Below, piece by piece: positions 32,009-41,678 of a stretch of 64,000 bases of DNA. Origin of the DNA: Alphaproteobacteria bacterium (GTDB lineage Bacteria > Pseudomonadota > Alphaproteobacteria > GM7ARS4 > G965262615); the NCBI GenBank assembly GCA_965262615.1, contig OZ253545.1, positions 1,056,001 through 1,120,000 of the forward strand, read 5' to 3'. How positions within the stretch are numbered: position 1 is the first letter of the stretch; every line of letters starts with the position of its first letter. The notes below the pieces were generated by a model. It saw only the letters and a program-made list of their open reading frames with translations, was not told the DNA's origin and did not search any database. The position numbers and the translations under genes were made by a program.

Positions 32009-33070
32009 ATGAGCGACCGTCTCGGACATTTTCGCAAATTGCGAGACCTCCACGAAGTCTGGAGCAATGGCAAACCAGATTTTGTCAACTGGCTCTGTGA
32101 GGGGGATCATATTGATGTCATTGGTCATGCCATTGGCATGAACCTGCAGTTGCAGTCACGCTCCGATGACACCAACACACATGACCAATTTATTGATTTA
32201 ATCTGTCGTGGCAATGATGGTGATGTCACACGAGACAAGGCGGTGTTGATTGCTGTCACGCTGGATTTATCCCTTGATGCCCATGTGGGCAAGGTGCTTG
32301 ATGCCGTTCACGACATAGAGGAGGGGGTTGCGGTGTGGCTGGCTGCCCCCTTTACCATGAGTCATCGCCATGCTTTGCGTCAGCTCAATCGCATTACCAA
32401 AGATGGATTATCGTTCTTTGGTGTTGAGGTGACTTTGTGGTGCATCAATAATTCGGAGCCCGCTCTGTGGATGGATGTGGTGGCAAAACCCGATGAGTGG
32501 CATGTGCCCGTCACGCCATTGCATGAGCAAAAAAAAGACAAAGTGGAGGCAAAAAACAAACCAAAGGAGAAGGGGAGGGAGGAGAAGACAATTGAAAAAA
32601 GCACACCGTCTGAGGATGAAGAGTCTTCGCAAATGGTGTATTGGCGTGTCTTGAGGAATTATGCTCACCAGCAAAATGACTTTTTACTGTCGCCCATGGA
32701 CGATGACAATCCATCACAAGTGTTGTTTGATATTGGCTCGCACCACTTTGTTTTTGTGGTCACCATGAATGAGCCTCAGTCGTTGTTGATTGTGTCATTG
32801 GTGTGTCATGGGGCTCGCTCTCATGAATTGTTCAGGGGGCTGTGCCGGTCTCGTCAAAAGATTGAATGGGAGCTGGGCATGAGTTTGCACTGGGGCACGC
32901 ATGATGCCGAGCGCAATGAGGGGCGCGTCTCATTGCACAAAGAGGGGGTCAATGTGATGAATCGTGATGGCTGGCAGGAGCAATACAGCTGGCTGATGGC
33001 GAGTCTTGCGTCATTGGAGCGGGTGTTTCGCCCGTATATTCGCCTTTTGGAATCAAAGAATAATTCATAG
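32009..33070 (+). CDS. DUF4268-like protein
   Basis: N-terminal LHEVW..DFVNWL and C-terminal RQKIEWELGMSLHW...WQEQYSWL resemble DUF4268 proteins; a charged linker separates them. Confidence 0.55.
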   Translation: MSDRLGHFRKLRDLHEVWSNGKPDFVNWLCEGDHIDVIGHAIGMNLQLQSRSDDTNTHDQFIDLICRGNDGDVTRDKAVLIAVTLDLSLDAHVGKVLDAVHDIEEGVAVWLAAPFTMSHRHALRQLNRITKDGLSFFGVEVTLWCINNSEPALWMDVVAKPDEWHVPVTPLHEQKKDKVEAKNKPKEKGREEKTIEKSTPSEDEESSQMVYWRVLRNYAHQQNDFLLSPMDDDNPSQVLFDIGSHHFVFVVTMNEPQSLLIVSLVCHGARSHELFRGLCRSRQKIEWELGMSLHWGTHDAERNEGRVSLHKEGVNVMNRDGWQEQYSWLMASLASLERVFRPYIRLLESKNNS

Positions 33071-33088
33071 ATGTCCCGTGTGATTGCC

Positions 33089-33116
33089 AAATGTGATAAT
33101 TGTTATTATGTTAAAT
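33089..33116 (+). other. dif site (XerCD chromosome dimer resolution)
   Basis: AAATGTGATAA-TTGTTA-TTATGTTAAAT: 11-6-11 layout, right arm identical to the E. coli XerD arm, left arm ending in ATAA. Lies between convergent gene blocks. Confidence 0.85.
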
Positions 33117-33217
33117 AACAATTATCAACTCACAACAATGACAATTATCAACTCACAACAATAACAATTATCAACTCACAACAATGACAATTATCAACTC
33201 ACATCACAACAATGACA
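33115..33217. repeat. 23-bp tandem repeat, ~4 copies
   Basis: AT(A/G)ACAATTATCAACTCACAACA at 33115, 33138, 33161 and 33184 (last copy partial). Confidence 0.95.
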
Positions 33218-34352
33218 CAATGGTGTTGGCGGCGGTGGTGCTGGGATGCTCATGGGGATTGACAACCATGCGGCGAATTTGTTGTGCCATGGCGTTTTTT
33301 TGGGCGCGCCGCTTGGCTTCACTGTGCAATAATGATGAGACGGCTGAGGCAATAGAATCTGGACGGCAATGGGAAAATAAGAATTCGGGAATAATTTCGT
33401 CATCCGCCATGATGTTCAACAAGCTGGCATAGCGCACCCGCACCATGAGACGCACAATCCATTCGGTCATCCGATCGCCACCATAAACAATCACATGCGG
33501 CACGCCGTGTGCCCCCAGCTCCACACTGACCGTTCCCGAGACCGCCAGAGCCATGTCGGCTGCTGCAAACAAATTGGCGCGTTTCTCATGAGATGCCACC
33601 GTCAATGAGTGAATTTCCGATGCGTCATAATTACCAAGGATATCACGACAATGTTTTTCCATGCCTGATGCCACCATCATCACGGCATGAAGTTTGCGTC
33701 CTTTGGGCAATTGTCGTGCGACCAATGACACCGCCTGCAGCATTGTTTTGCCGTTGGTGCGAATTTCCTGTCGCCGAGAACCCGGACACAACAAGAGCGT
33801 GAGAGCATCATTGTCGGTGGGGTGTGTGCGGTGAGCGTTGCCATCTTTCCACGCCGCAGGATGTCCCACATAGTGACAATTCAGTCCGTGCGGGGTGAAA
33901 TAGTCATTTTCAAAGGGCAGCAGTGTCAAAAGGTCGTCATAGAGGCGCGCCATTGTGGCGGCGCGTCCCTTCTTCCACGCCCAAACAGTCGGGGCAACAT
34001 AATGAACAAGATGAATATGCTCTCCCTTTTCGTGTCGCCGAATGGCCTTGGCAAGACGCATATTGAAACTGGGGGCATCAATGGTGAGCACCATGGCGGG
34101 ACGCTGAGTGACAATGGCGTGTGCCGTCTCATCAATGCGCGCCAGCAAGCGTTTGAGATGAGGCAATAGCTGAAAAAATCCCATCACCGCCAGCTCCTCG
34201 CCTTTGAAAAGACTGTGCTGCAATCCCGCTCGCCGCATCAAGGGTCCGCCCACACCCGTGATGAAGCAGTGGTCTTGTAATGATTCTATGAGGCGCGCGC
34301 CCAATAAATCGCCTGATGCCTCGCCCGCCACCATGAAGCATGTTTTTGTCAT
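33204..34352 (-). CDS. lpxB: Lipid-A-disaccharide synthase
   Basis: AGEASGD, IDAP.FN, YVAPTVWAW, PGSR and SGT motifs. Confidence 0.95.
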   Translation of the reverse strand: MTKTCFMVAGEASGDLLGARLIESLQDHCFITGVGGPLMRRAGLQHSLFKGEELAVMGFFQLLPHLKRLLARIDETAHAIVTQRPAMVLTIDAPSFNMRLAKAIRRHEKGEHIHLVHYVAPTVWAWKKGRAATMARLYDDLLTLLPFENDYFTPHGLNCHYVGHPAAWKDGNAHRTHPTDNDALTLLLCPGSRRQEIRTNGKTMLQAVSLVARQLPKGRKLHAVMMVASGMEKHCRDILGNYDASEIHSLTVASHEKRANLFAAADMALAVSGTVSVELGAHGVPHVIVYGGDRMTEWIVRLMVRVRYASLLNIMADDEIIPEFLFSHCRPDSIASAVSSLLHSEAKRRAQKNAMAQQIRRMVVNPHEHPSTTAANTIVSLL

Positions 34353-35188
34353 GACGAAAAAGGTGCAAAGGTGGTGATGAACAGACCATGTCGCTCACAC
34401 AGTGCCATCACCGCCGTCTCATCCAAAACAATGACGCCCCCCTCCTCCAGAGCCAAGCCATCAATGCCCGCGCGCACGCAATGAGTGATGGTGGACACAC
34501 CAATGGTGGGTAAATCCACTCGTTCGTCCTGATCTTTCTTCTTGAACTTGAAAAAAACGCCCCCCCTGCCCTTACGCAACAACCGCTTGCAACGCTTGAT
34601 GAGCTCATCAGTGCCTTCCAACCCTTCCACCGCCACCACTTGACCTTGTTGCACGATGATGGATTGTCCGATGTCTGCCGCACTCACATGACGCACCGCC
34701 TCCAATCCCGCCGCAATATCGGATTTATAGTTGGATGGATAGAAGCCGTTATTGTAGAAGTTGTGCTGCACCATTAGTTCCTCACCAACAATATTTTTTA
34801 CCCCTAATACTTTGAATCCTTCTTGTTCCATCTGGTGAATGATGAGACGCAGCAGGTGGTCATCGCCTCGTCCTTTTGTGAGAATTTTTTTTGCCAGCTG
34901 CCATGTGGCGCGATCCCACCTGGTCATGGAGAGCAATGACGGACGGCGCACCGCACCCGCCATCACCAATTGTGTCACCCCCGCCTCTTTAGTCTTTCGC
35001 AATGCCGAGACAATGGCAGTGAGTGACACCCAGCGAGCATTGTCATTCAATTGGGACACGCGTTTTTTGTCACAATATCCTCGCAATGCCAGAACATGAC
35101 ACACCCTGTCGCGCCGTGCGGCATCATAGAGTCGCCACGGCAAATCGCCTTTGCCGGCAATGATGCATAGAGGCGGATGACGGCTCAT
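34349..35188 (-). CDS. lpxI: UDP-2,3-diacylglucosamine pyrophosphatase LpxI
   Basis: IIAGKGDLP, DIGQ, AVEGLEGTD and QDERVDLPTIG motifs. Confidence 0.9.
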   Translation of the reverse strand: MSRHPPLCIIAGKGDLPWRLYDAARRDRVCHVLALRGYCDKKRVSQLNDNARWVSLTAIVSALRKTKEAGVTQLVMAGAVRRPSLLSMTRWDRATWQLAKKILTKGRGDDHLLRLIIHQMEQEGFKVLGVKNIVGEELMVQHNFYNNGFYPSNYKSDIAAGLEAVRHVSAADIGQSIIVQQGQVVAVEGLEGTDELIKRCKRLLRKGRGGVFFKFKKKDQDERVDLPTIGVSTITHCVRAGIDGLALEEGGVIVLDETAVMALCERHGLFITTFAPFSS

Positions 35189-36006
35189 GCAGACGCGGCT
35201 GGCATGCACATTCCTTGCCGTGCCACTTTGGGATGATTTTGTATTGCCGTGATAAATTGCAAAACCAACGACACCAATGTCTTCTTGCCAAATCTTTGTT
35301 GCACTTGAGCGACACGCTCCTCCCATGAGTCATCGCCTTTTGTGTCGTCAAACAGCATGCCATAGGCATGGCGCAGTGCGTGAATGTCATCGCGGGTAAA
35401 GTCTCTGCGGCGCAATCCCACAAGATTGAGTCCAATCAGTTCCGCGGGGCTGCCCAGTGCCATGCCGCACGGAATCACATGATTGCGCACCCCACAATTG
35501 CCCGAAATCATGGCATGGCTGCCAATATGAATGTATTGATGAATCGCCGCCAATCCGCCAATAAAAGCATGGTCTCCCACCTCCACATGTCCGCCCAGTG
35601 TGGCATTGTTTGCCATCATCACATGATTGCCAATGTGACAATCATGCGCCACATGACAGCCCACCATCAGCAAGCAATGATCGCCCACGCTGGTCTTCAT
35701 TCCGCCGCTTTGCGTGCCCGTATGGATGGTCACATGCTCGCGAATGGTGCAGTGAGCTCCGACGGTCAATTGGGATTTCTCACCTTGATACTTCACATCC
35801 TGCGGCGGCAAGCCAACGGCACTAAAGGGATACAGCTGCGTATCATGTTTGATGTGCGTCCGACCATCAACCACCACATGAGAATGAAGGGTCACCCGCT
35901 TTTCTAAATGGACATCATCTCCCACGACACAATAAGCACCAATGGTGACATCGTCCTCAATGTGTGCCTTTGAACTGACCTGAGCTTGAGGATGAATCTG
36001 AGTCAT
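35185..36006 (-). CDS. lpxA: UDP-GlcNAc O-acyltransferase
   Basis: Hexapeptide repeats; PQD, HVAHDC and LNLVGLRR motifs. Confidence 0.95.
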   Translation of the reverse strand: MTQIHPQAQVSSKAHIEDDVTIGAYCVVGDDVHLEKRVTLHSHVVVDGRTHIKHDTQLYPFSAVGLPPQDVKYQGEKSQLTVGAHCTIREHVTIHTGTQSGGMKTSVGDHCLLMVGCHVAHDCHIGNHVMMANNATLGGHVEVGDHAFIGGLAAIHQYIHIGSHAMISGNCGVRNHVIPCGMALGSPAELIGLNLVGLRRRDFTRDDIHALRHAYGMLFDDTKGDDSWEERVAQVQQRFGKKTLVSLVLQFITAIQNHPKVARQGMCMPAASA

Positions 36007-36491
36007 AAATCGTCATCGGAAAGAACGGCTGTGAATTCAGCAGATGCCGCGGTGTTTCCTGATTGTTTGATAATCACCTCTCCCGTATAACGCCATATCT
36101 GTCTGCGATTGAAGACTTGCTTGACATGCAGCAATAATTGATTCCCTGGTTGAACAACATGGCGAAAGCGTGCCTTATCCACTGAAGCAAGAAAGGTATT
36201 TTTCCACATTTTTTGTTTGGTTTGTTCCAGACTGTAATGGACACTTGCCGCGGCAGTCTGAGCGAGAGCCTCCACCATCAGTACGCCCGGAAAGATGGGT
36301 TGTTGGGGAAAATGTCCTTGAAAAAAAGGCTCGTTGCTGGAGACATTTTTGACTCCTGTGGCTCGTTCAAACAAGACCAAATCCTCAATGTAATCCACCA
36401 TCAAGAACGGATAGCGATGAGGGATGTATCGCCGAATGTCTTCATTGGTCATTGAGTGTATTTTTTCTTTTGTCACTGTCGCCTCGTCCAT
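36003..36491 (-). CDS. fabZ: 3-hydroxyacyl-ACP dehydratase
   Basis: PHRYPFLMVD and FQGHFP..PIFPGVL..EALAQ motifs. Start uncertain. Confidence 0.94.
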   Translation of the reverse strand: MDEATVTKEKIHSMTNEDIRRYIPHRYPFLMVDYIEDLVLFERATGVKNVSSNEPFFQGHFPQQPIFPGVLMVEALAQTAAASVHYSLEQTKQKMWKNTFLASVDKARFRHVVQPGNQLLLHVKQVFNRRQIWRYTGEVIIKQSGNTAASAEFTAVLSDDDL

Positions 36492-37519
36492 TTTTTGAGG
36501 ATGGCAGATTGTCTGTGCCATTGTGTCACAGGGACGGCAGGAATACCACCCACTTTGCCCCCCGCAGGGACATCTCTCATGAGTCCCGACTTGGCGGCAA
36601 TGTATGCGCCCGTTCCAATGGACAAATGCCCGGCAACGCCCACCTGTCCGCCCAGCATGGCAAAATCTCCCACCGTGGTGCTGCCCGATATGCCCACCTG
36701 CGATGCCAAAATACAGCCGCGTCCCAAGCACACATTGTGGGCAATCTGCACAAGATTATCAATGCGACAGCCATCCCCAATGACGGTATCCTTCACACTG
36801 CCGCGCGCAATGGTGGTGTTTGCTCCAATGACGCAATCATCACCGATGGTCACACGCCCAATTTGCGGCATGTCCCGATAGCGTCCGGTTTTGTGATCAA
36901 TGGCAAAGCCAAATCCAGCCTCGCCAATGCGCGCTCCCGCCTGCACCCGCACATGATGTCCCATCACCGTGTGCTGAATATGAGCCTGCACACCAATGTG
37001 ACAGTGGTCACCCATGCACACCCCATCCCCAATGATTGCCTGTGGAGCAATGGCACAGTGCTTGCCCATGCACACATTTTTGCCAATCACCGCCCCCGTG
37101 CCAATGACGCACCCCTCTCCCATTGTCACCGATGGATGAATGGTGGCTTGACCGTCTGTCACCGTGATATGAGTGGCAGTGCGTTCATAATCTGGATAAA
37201 ATCGCCGCGCCAGCTGGGCACAGTGCCAGTAGGGATTATCACTCACCAGCACTGCCATATGAGATGGTGCGTGCTTCGCCATATCCTGCCTCACAATGCA
37301 CACCGAAGCCTTGCTGTGCTTCAATTGGTCGCTGTAGCGTTGGTTATCCAGAAATGACAGCTCCCCCTTGCCAGCAGTCTCTAAAGGAGCAATGCCGTCA
37401 ATGAGCTGTGTGCCATCAGCACCGTCTGTCAGAGGCAAGCCAGCCCACTGAGCCAGCTGCTCTAATGAAAAAGGACCTGCCGATTGAAAAAAATCATTGC
37501 GACCACCATCTTTCGTCAT
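36473..37519 (-). CDS. lpxD: UDP-3-O-acylglucosamine N-acyltransferase
   Basis: GFGF, IGANTTI and DNLVQIAHN motifs; hexapeptide repeats. Confidence 0.95.
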   Translation of the reverse strand: MTKDGGRNDFFQSAGPFSLEQLAQWAGLPLTDGADGTQLIDGIAPLETAGKGELSFLDNQRYSDQLKHSKASVCIVRQDMAKHAPSHMAVLVSDNPYWHCAQLARRFYPDYERTATHITVTDGQATIHPSVTMGEGCVIGTGAVIGKNVCMGKHCAIAPQAIIGDGVCMGDHCHIGVQAHIQHTVMGHHVRVQAGARIGEAGFGFAIDHKTGRYRDMPQIGRVTIGDDCVIGANTTIARGSVKDTVIGDGCRIDNLVQIAHNVCLGRGCILASQVGISGSTTVGDFAMLGGQVGVAGHLSIGTGAYIAAKSGLMRDVPAGGKVGGIPAVPVTQWHRQSAILKKWTRRQ

Positions 37520-37555
37520 CGCATGAACTCAATTCGCGCGTCCTTGATGCCTTCT

Positions 37556-38197
37556 TTATCCTTGTGGGGGATTTTGACTTTCTTCCAGCAAGCGTTGCGC
37601 TTCCTCCATGTCCAGTCCCATTTCAGGAAGTTGGTCATCCAGCCGCTCCAGCACCATGTCGGTGATGTCCATTTCCTTGCTGAAGAACTGCACCCGTTCG
37701 CGATCCAAGACCAAATTGATGTTGGATTGCAACGCAATCTTTTGCGTGATTTCTAAAATCTTGGCATTGATTTTGAACAGTGCCGCTCGCAGAGCCAAAT
37801 CCAGCTGCTGTCCTCGAAATTCGCCCTCCTTATTGAATGAGCGGACGCGCTCTTCCCAGTCACGAATTTTTGCCTGCAGGGCGGCATCAGAGGAGATTTT
37901 GCTTTTGCGTTCCAAATTTTTCTTCTCGTCTTCCAGCTTGTCTTGTTTTTTGGCGATTTCATCACGAATGGAGCGTCGCAAAGAATCGGCTTCTTCCAGA
38001 GTCCCTTGAGCCGCTTTGGATTTGGTGATGATGGTTTTGGTATCAATAATGGCGAGATTGACCAACGGCGCATTAAAAATCCATTCCGATTCGGGCGCCC
38101 GCTTGAGCTCATCGTCCTGCGCGATCACAGGTGACACCGTGCCCATAAGCAAAGACACCATCATAAAGACACTCATACGACTCAAACGCATTGTCAA
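37556..38197 (-). CDS. OmpH/Skp periplasmic chaperone
   Basis: Signal peptide, coiled coil and DITD tail; between bamA and lpxD. Confidence 0.8.
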   Translation of the reverse strand: MTMRLSRMSVFMMVSLLMGTVSPVIAQDDELKRAPESEWIFNAPLVNLAIIDTKTIITKSKAAQGTLEEADSLRRSIRDEIAKKQDKLEDEKKNLERKSKISSDAALQAKIRDWEERVRSFNKEGEFRGQQLDLALRAALFKINAKILEITQKIALQSNINLVLDRERVQFFSKEMDITDMVLERLDDQLPEMGLDMEEAQRLLEESQNPPQG

Positions 38198-38320
38198 AAC
38201 TCCTTATTTCAAAGATTATGTGAGTCAAACCGCCGAAACAAAACAACACAATCGCTTCAGCAGTCGGTGCAGAATTACCCATTCCCATGATGTTTGTCAA
38301 GACAAGGAAGGTGCTTTATT

Positions 38321-40615
38321 TTAGAAATTCGTCCCCACAGTGAAAATAAAGCGTCTTGTCTCGTCCAAATAATACTTTTTCAGTGGAAAGGCATAATAAA
38401 GACGCAAAGGACCCAATGGCGAATCCCACGCAATGCCGAGTCCCACACTGGTGCGCAAGAAATGATCATCAAAGACAAAAATGCTGGCATTATCCACCTG
38501 ATGCAATGAGCCTAAATCAAAAAAGATTCGTCCCTCCATGCCCACCGCCTCAGGCAAGCCCAATGGAAAAGATTGCTCAATCTGGACGGTGTAGAAAGTA
38601 TTGCCGCCCAGTGAGTCACGCTGAACGATGTTGCGGGGTCCCACGCCGTAGAAATCAAATCCTCTGAGATCATCGCCGCCCAAGTAAAAGCGATCCTGCA
38701 CCTCAACGATCTCGCCGCCATAGGCGACAATATGCCCAAAGCGAACATTAATCCCCGTGACCCATTCAGGGGTGAAATTTTGATACAATCCCAGTGTTCC
38801 TGTGAATCGGGTGAATCTGACATTACCGCCAATGCCCGCCAGTTCAACCGATGCACTGCTGTTGTATCCTTGTGTGGGCTTGCGAAAACTGTCTCTTTGG
38901 TCAATGGAAAGAGTCTGTTTGATGGAAGACTTATTGCGCCCGCCTGCACTGTCCAATATGGATTGTGACCTGGTGGTGATGTCAAAAATCTTGGAGTTTT
39001 CAAAAATATACGCCCAGCTCTGACGCACATCGCCAAGCAAACGATAGCCAGAGACAATGTTACCGCCAATCAGTCGCCGCTTATAGCCACTTTCGGCTTG
39101 ATAGTCGTAGGTGGTGTAGTACACATTTGATCCCAGACTGATATTTTTACCCATGAAATAGGGTTCGGTGAATCCAATATCGTAACTGATACGGCGATCG
39201 GAATAGGTGAAGCCAAAATTGAGCTTTTGATTGCGTCCCAGAAAGTTGCGCTCACTGATTTGGGCATTGGACAAAAATCCATCATTAGATGAATAGCCCG
39301 CACTGATAGAAAATTCTCCGGTGCGTGCTTCCTTGACCTCAATATCAATGACCTCCCTGTCGGGCACATCGGTGGGACGAGAGGCAATGGAGACATCGGA
39401 AAAAATTCCCAGCACCTGCAGTCGCTGACGAGAACGGCGCGCCAGTTCGGCATTGAGAGCATCCCCTTCACTGATGAGAATCTCGCGGCGAATGACCTCC
39501 TCCACCGTGCGATTGTTGCCCTTGATATTGATGCGACTGACAAAAAATCGTCCACTCTCATTGATGTTATAAACAATTTTAACCTTATTGTCCTCAGGCA
39601 GTCGTTCGGTGAGGGGATCAATTTCCACAAATCCGTAGCCCGCCTCTCGGGCGTGATCCACCATGCGGGCAATGGTGTCTTCAATATCCGATTCCCTGAA
39701 CCAGTTGCCCGCTCTGTGAGAGAAATCCTCACTAAAATCAACCCCCTTGAGCTCGGGTAGATTGTTTTCAAAGGTGATGGATTCAATCTCGTACCGCTCG
39801 CCCTCTTGCACCACAAAGGTGATGATGAATTCGTTTTGGTCGGGGGTCAGTTCGGCGGTGGCGGAAATGACGCGAAAATCAAGGTATCCTTCTTCTCGAT
39901 AGAATCGCCGCAACAGCTCTTGATCATAACGCACTCGTTCAGGGTCGTAGACATCGTTGGAGGCAAAAAACAGATACCACCGAGCCTCGCGATTAAAAAT
40001 CACTTCTTTGAGACGGTCATCGGAAAATCGCTCATTGCCGATAAAATTGATGCTTTCAATGGTGGCGGCTTTGCCCTCATCAATGACAAATTCCAAATCA
40101 ACGCGATTTTGCGCGAGATTAATGCGTTTGGGACTCACCGTTGCCGCATAGTATCCTTGAGAGCGGTATAAATCCAACAGGCGTTTGACCGCCCTTTGAA
40201 TACGCGTCTTGTTATACACATCACGGGGTTTGAGCGCGACCGCATCGCGCAAGTCTTCTTCATCCACATCATCTTGTCCCACAAAGGCAACGCGGCGAAT
40301 GACCGGATTCTCTCGCAATTGAATCACCAGCACCTCGGCATCAATGGTGACGCGTATGTCATCAAACAGTTCGGTCTCATAGAGTTTTTTCAGCACGTCG
40401 GCGGCGGTCTCACTGTTGAATTCATCGCCTCGTTGCAGCCCTGTGTAGGTGATGACGGCATCATCGGTGAGGCGCGAATTGCCGCTAATGACAATATCCA
40501 GCAGTGTGCCTTGACTTTGCCCCAAGACACCATGGGTGCCGACCATGAACAGCATCCCCACACACAAAAGCACACGCCGGATCATATCAACCGTTCCACC
40601 AGCGCATGGTATCAT
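38321..40615 (-). CDS. bamA: Outer membrane assembly factor BamA
   Basis: POTRA domains, LRGF loop motif, SPLGPL and C-terminal Phe. Confidence 0.95.
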   Translation of the reverse strand: MIPCAGGTVDMIRRVLLCVGMLFMVGTHGVLGQSQGTLLDIVISGNSRLTDDAVITYTGLQRGDEFNSETAADVLKKLYETELFDDIRVTIDAEVLVIQLRENPVIRRVAFVGQDDVDEEDLRDAVALKPRDVYNKTRIQRAVKRLLDLYRSQGYYAATVSPKRINLAQNRVDLEFVIDEGKAATIESINFIGNERFSDDRLKEVIFNREARWYLFFASNDVYDPERVRYDQELLRRFYREEGYLDFRVISATAELTPDQNEFIITFVVQEGERYEIESITFENNLPELKGVDFSEDFSHRAGNWFRESDIEDTIARMVDHAREAGYGFVEIDPLTERLPEDNKVKIVYNINESGRFFVSRINIKGNNRTVEEVIRREILISEGDALNAELARRSRQRLQVLGIFSDVSIASRPTDVPDREVIDIEVKEARTGEFSISAGYSSNDGFLSNAQISERNFLGRNQKLNFGFTYSDRRISYDIGFTEPYFMGKNISLGSNVYYTTYDYQAESGYKRRLIGGNIVSGYRLLGDVRQSWAYIFENSKIFDITTRSQSILDSAGGRNKSSIKQTLSIDQRDSFRKPTQGYNSSASVELAGIGGNVRFTRFTGTLGLYQNFTPEWVTGINVRFGHIVAYGGEIVEVQDRFYLGGDDLRGFDFYGVGPRNIVQRDSLGGNTFYTVQIEQSFPLGLPEAVGMEGRIFFDLGSLHQVDNASIFVFDDHFLRTSVGLGIAWDSPLGPLRLYYAFPLKKYYLDETRRFIFTVGTNF

Positions 40616-41669
40616 TCCATGTCACATATAAAAACAGCGTGAGGACAAAGAGGATACCCAGACCTTGAATTTTATAAAGAAATTCCTCGCTCAAAGGTCG
40701 CCGTCTGACGGCTTCAATGGAGGTGAAGAGAATGTGTCCGCCGTCTAATGGCGGCAGTGGCAGCAGATTGAAAATGGCAAGATTGATGGAGATGAATGCC
40801 ATCCAGTGAACGAGGGTGTCAAATCCTCTCTCCCAGCGGTCACCTGAGATTTGCGCGATTTGGACGGGTCCCCCCAATTGATCCAATGTGCGGCTGCCAC
40901 TGATCAATTCCCCCAAAGCGTTCAGCACGGCACTAAACATTGCCACACTTTGGGTGACCGACATGCCCAATGCCTCGCTGACATCAAGGGGGCGGCTTGT
41001 CCATTCACTGCCAATGACACCCAGCATGGGTCGAGGTTGCGACTCCCCTTCGGGTTGCATCATGCGTGGGGCGAGGCGAAATTTCATCTCGGTGTTGTCT
41101 CGCAAGACACGCACATCCATGGGCAGTCCTTCTTGCCACTCATCCACCTCAGATAAATCGGCAAAGCTGTTGATGGGCATGCTATTGATGCTGACGAAGC
41201 GGTCGCCTTTTTGCAATCCCGCCTCTTGTGCCGCACTGTCCTCCATGACATCGCTAATCACGGGACTCAGAAAATGCTCGCCGCTCACCAAGAGCAGCAT
41301 GAGAAGCAATCCCCACGCCGCCACCAGATTGGCAAGGGGCCCTGCCAATAAAATCATGATGCGCTGATGGGCTTTTTTGCCGTGAAAACTTTTTTGTTTT
41401 TCTTCCAAGGAGAGATTTTTTTTCAGTCTGCCACTGGTCTCGTCCATATCGCCAAAGAAGCGCACATAGCCACCCAAAGGCACGAGAGCAAACCGCCACC
41501 GAGTACCATGACGGTCATGAAAGCCATAGATTTCCCGTCCAAAGCCGATGGAAAAGACCTCCACCGCCACGCCGTAAAAACGAGCAACGATGTAGTGTCC
41601 CCATTCGTGCACAAACACCAAAAAGGACAGCACCACAATAAAGGGCAGAAGGGCACTCAGAAAATCCAT
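40587..41669 (-). CDS. rseP: RIP metalloprotease RseP
   Basis: HEWGH, AGPLAN, PDZ domain and NLLPLPPLDGG. Confidence 0.94.
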   Translation of the reverse strand: MDFLSALLPFIVVLSFLVFVHEWGHYIVARFYGVAVEVFSIGFGREIYGFHDRHGTRWRFALVPLGGYVRFFGDMDETSGRLKKNLSLEEKQKSFHGKKAHQRIMILLAGPLANLVAAWGLLLMLLLVSGEHFLSPVISDVMEDSAAQEAGLQKGDRFVSINSMPINSFADLSEVDEWQEGLPMDVRVLRDNTEMKFRLAPRMMQPEGESQPRPMLGVIGSEWTSRPLDVSEALGMSVTQSVAMFSAVLNALGELISGSRTLDQLGGPVQIAQISGDRWERGFDTLVHWMAFISINLAIFNLLPLPPLDGGHILFTSIEAVRRRPLSEEFLYKIQGLGILFVLTLFLYVTWNDTMRWWNG

Positions 41670-41678
41670 GATAGACTC

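Noticed and set aside
33130-33137. TCACAACA shared by the dif repeat and the 61359-61366 junction region
   Set aside because: Only 8 bp and not conserved at all junctions; likely chance.
33115-33217. 23-bp repeats as a CRISPR array
   Set aside because: Units are head-to-tail with no spacers, and there are no cas genes in the window.
38198-38320. Possible sRNA or tRNA between bamA and skp
   Set aside because: No cloverleaf, strong hairpin or known motif; I recognised no tRNA or rRNA anywhere in the window.
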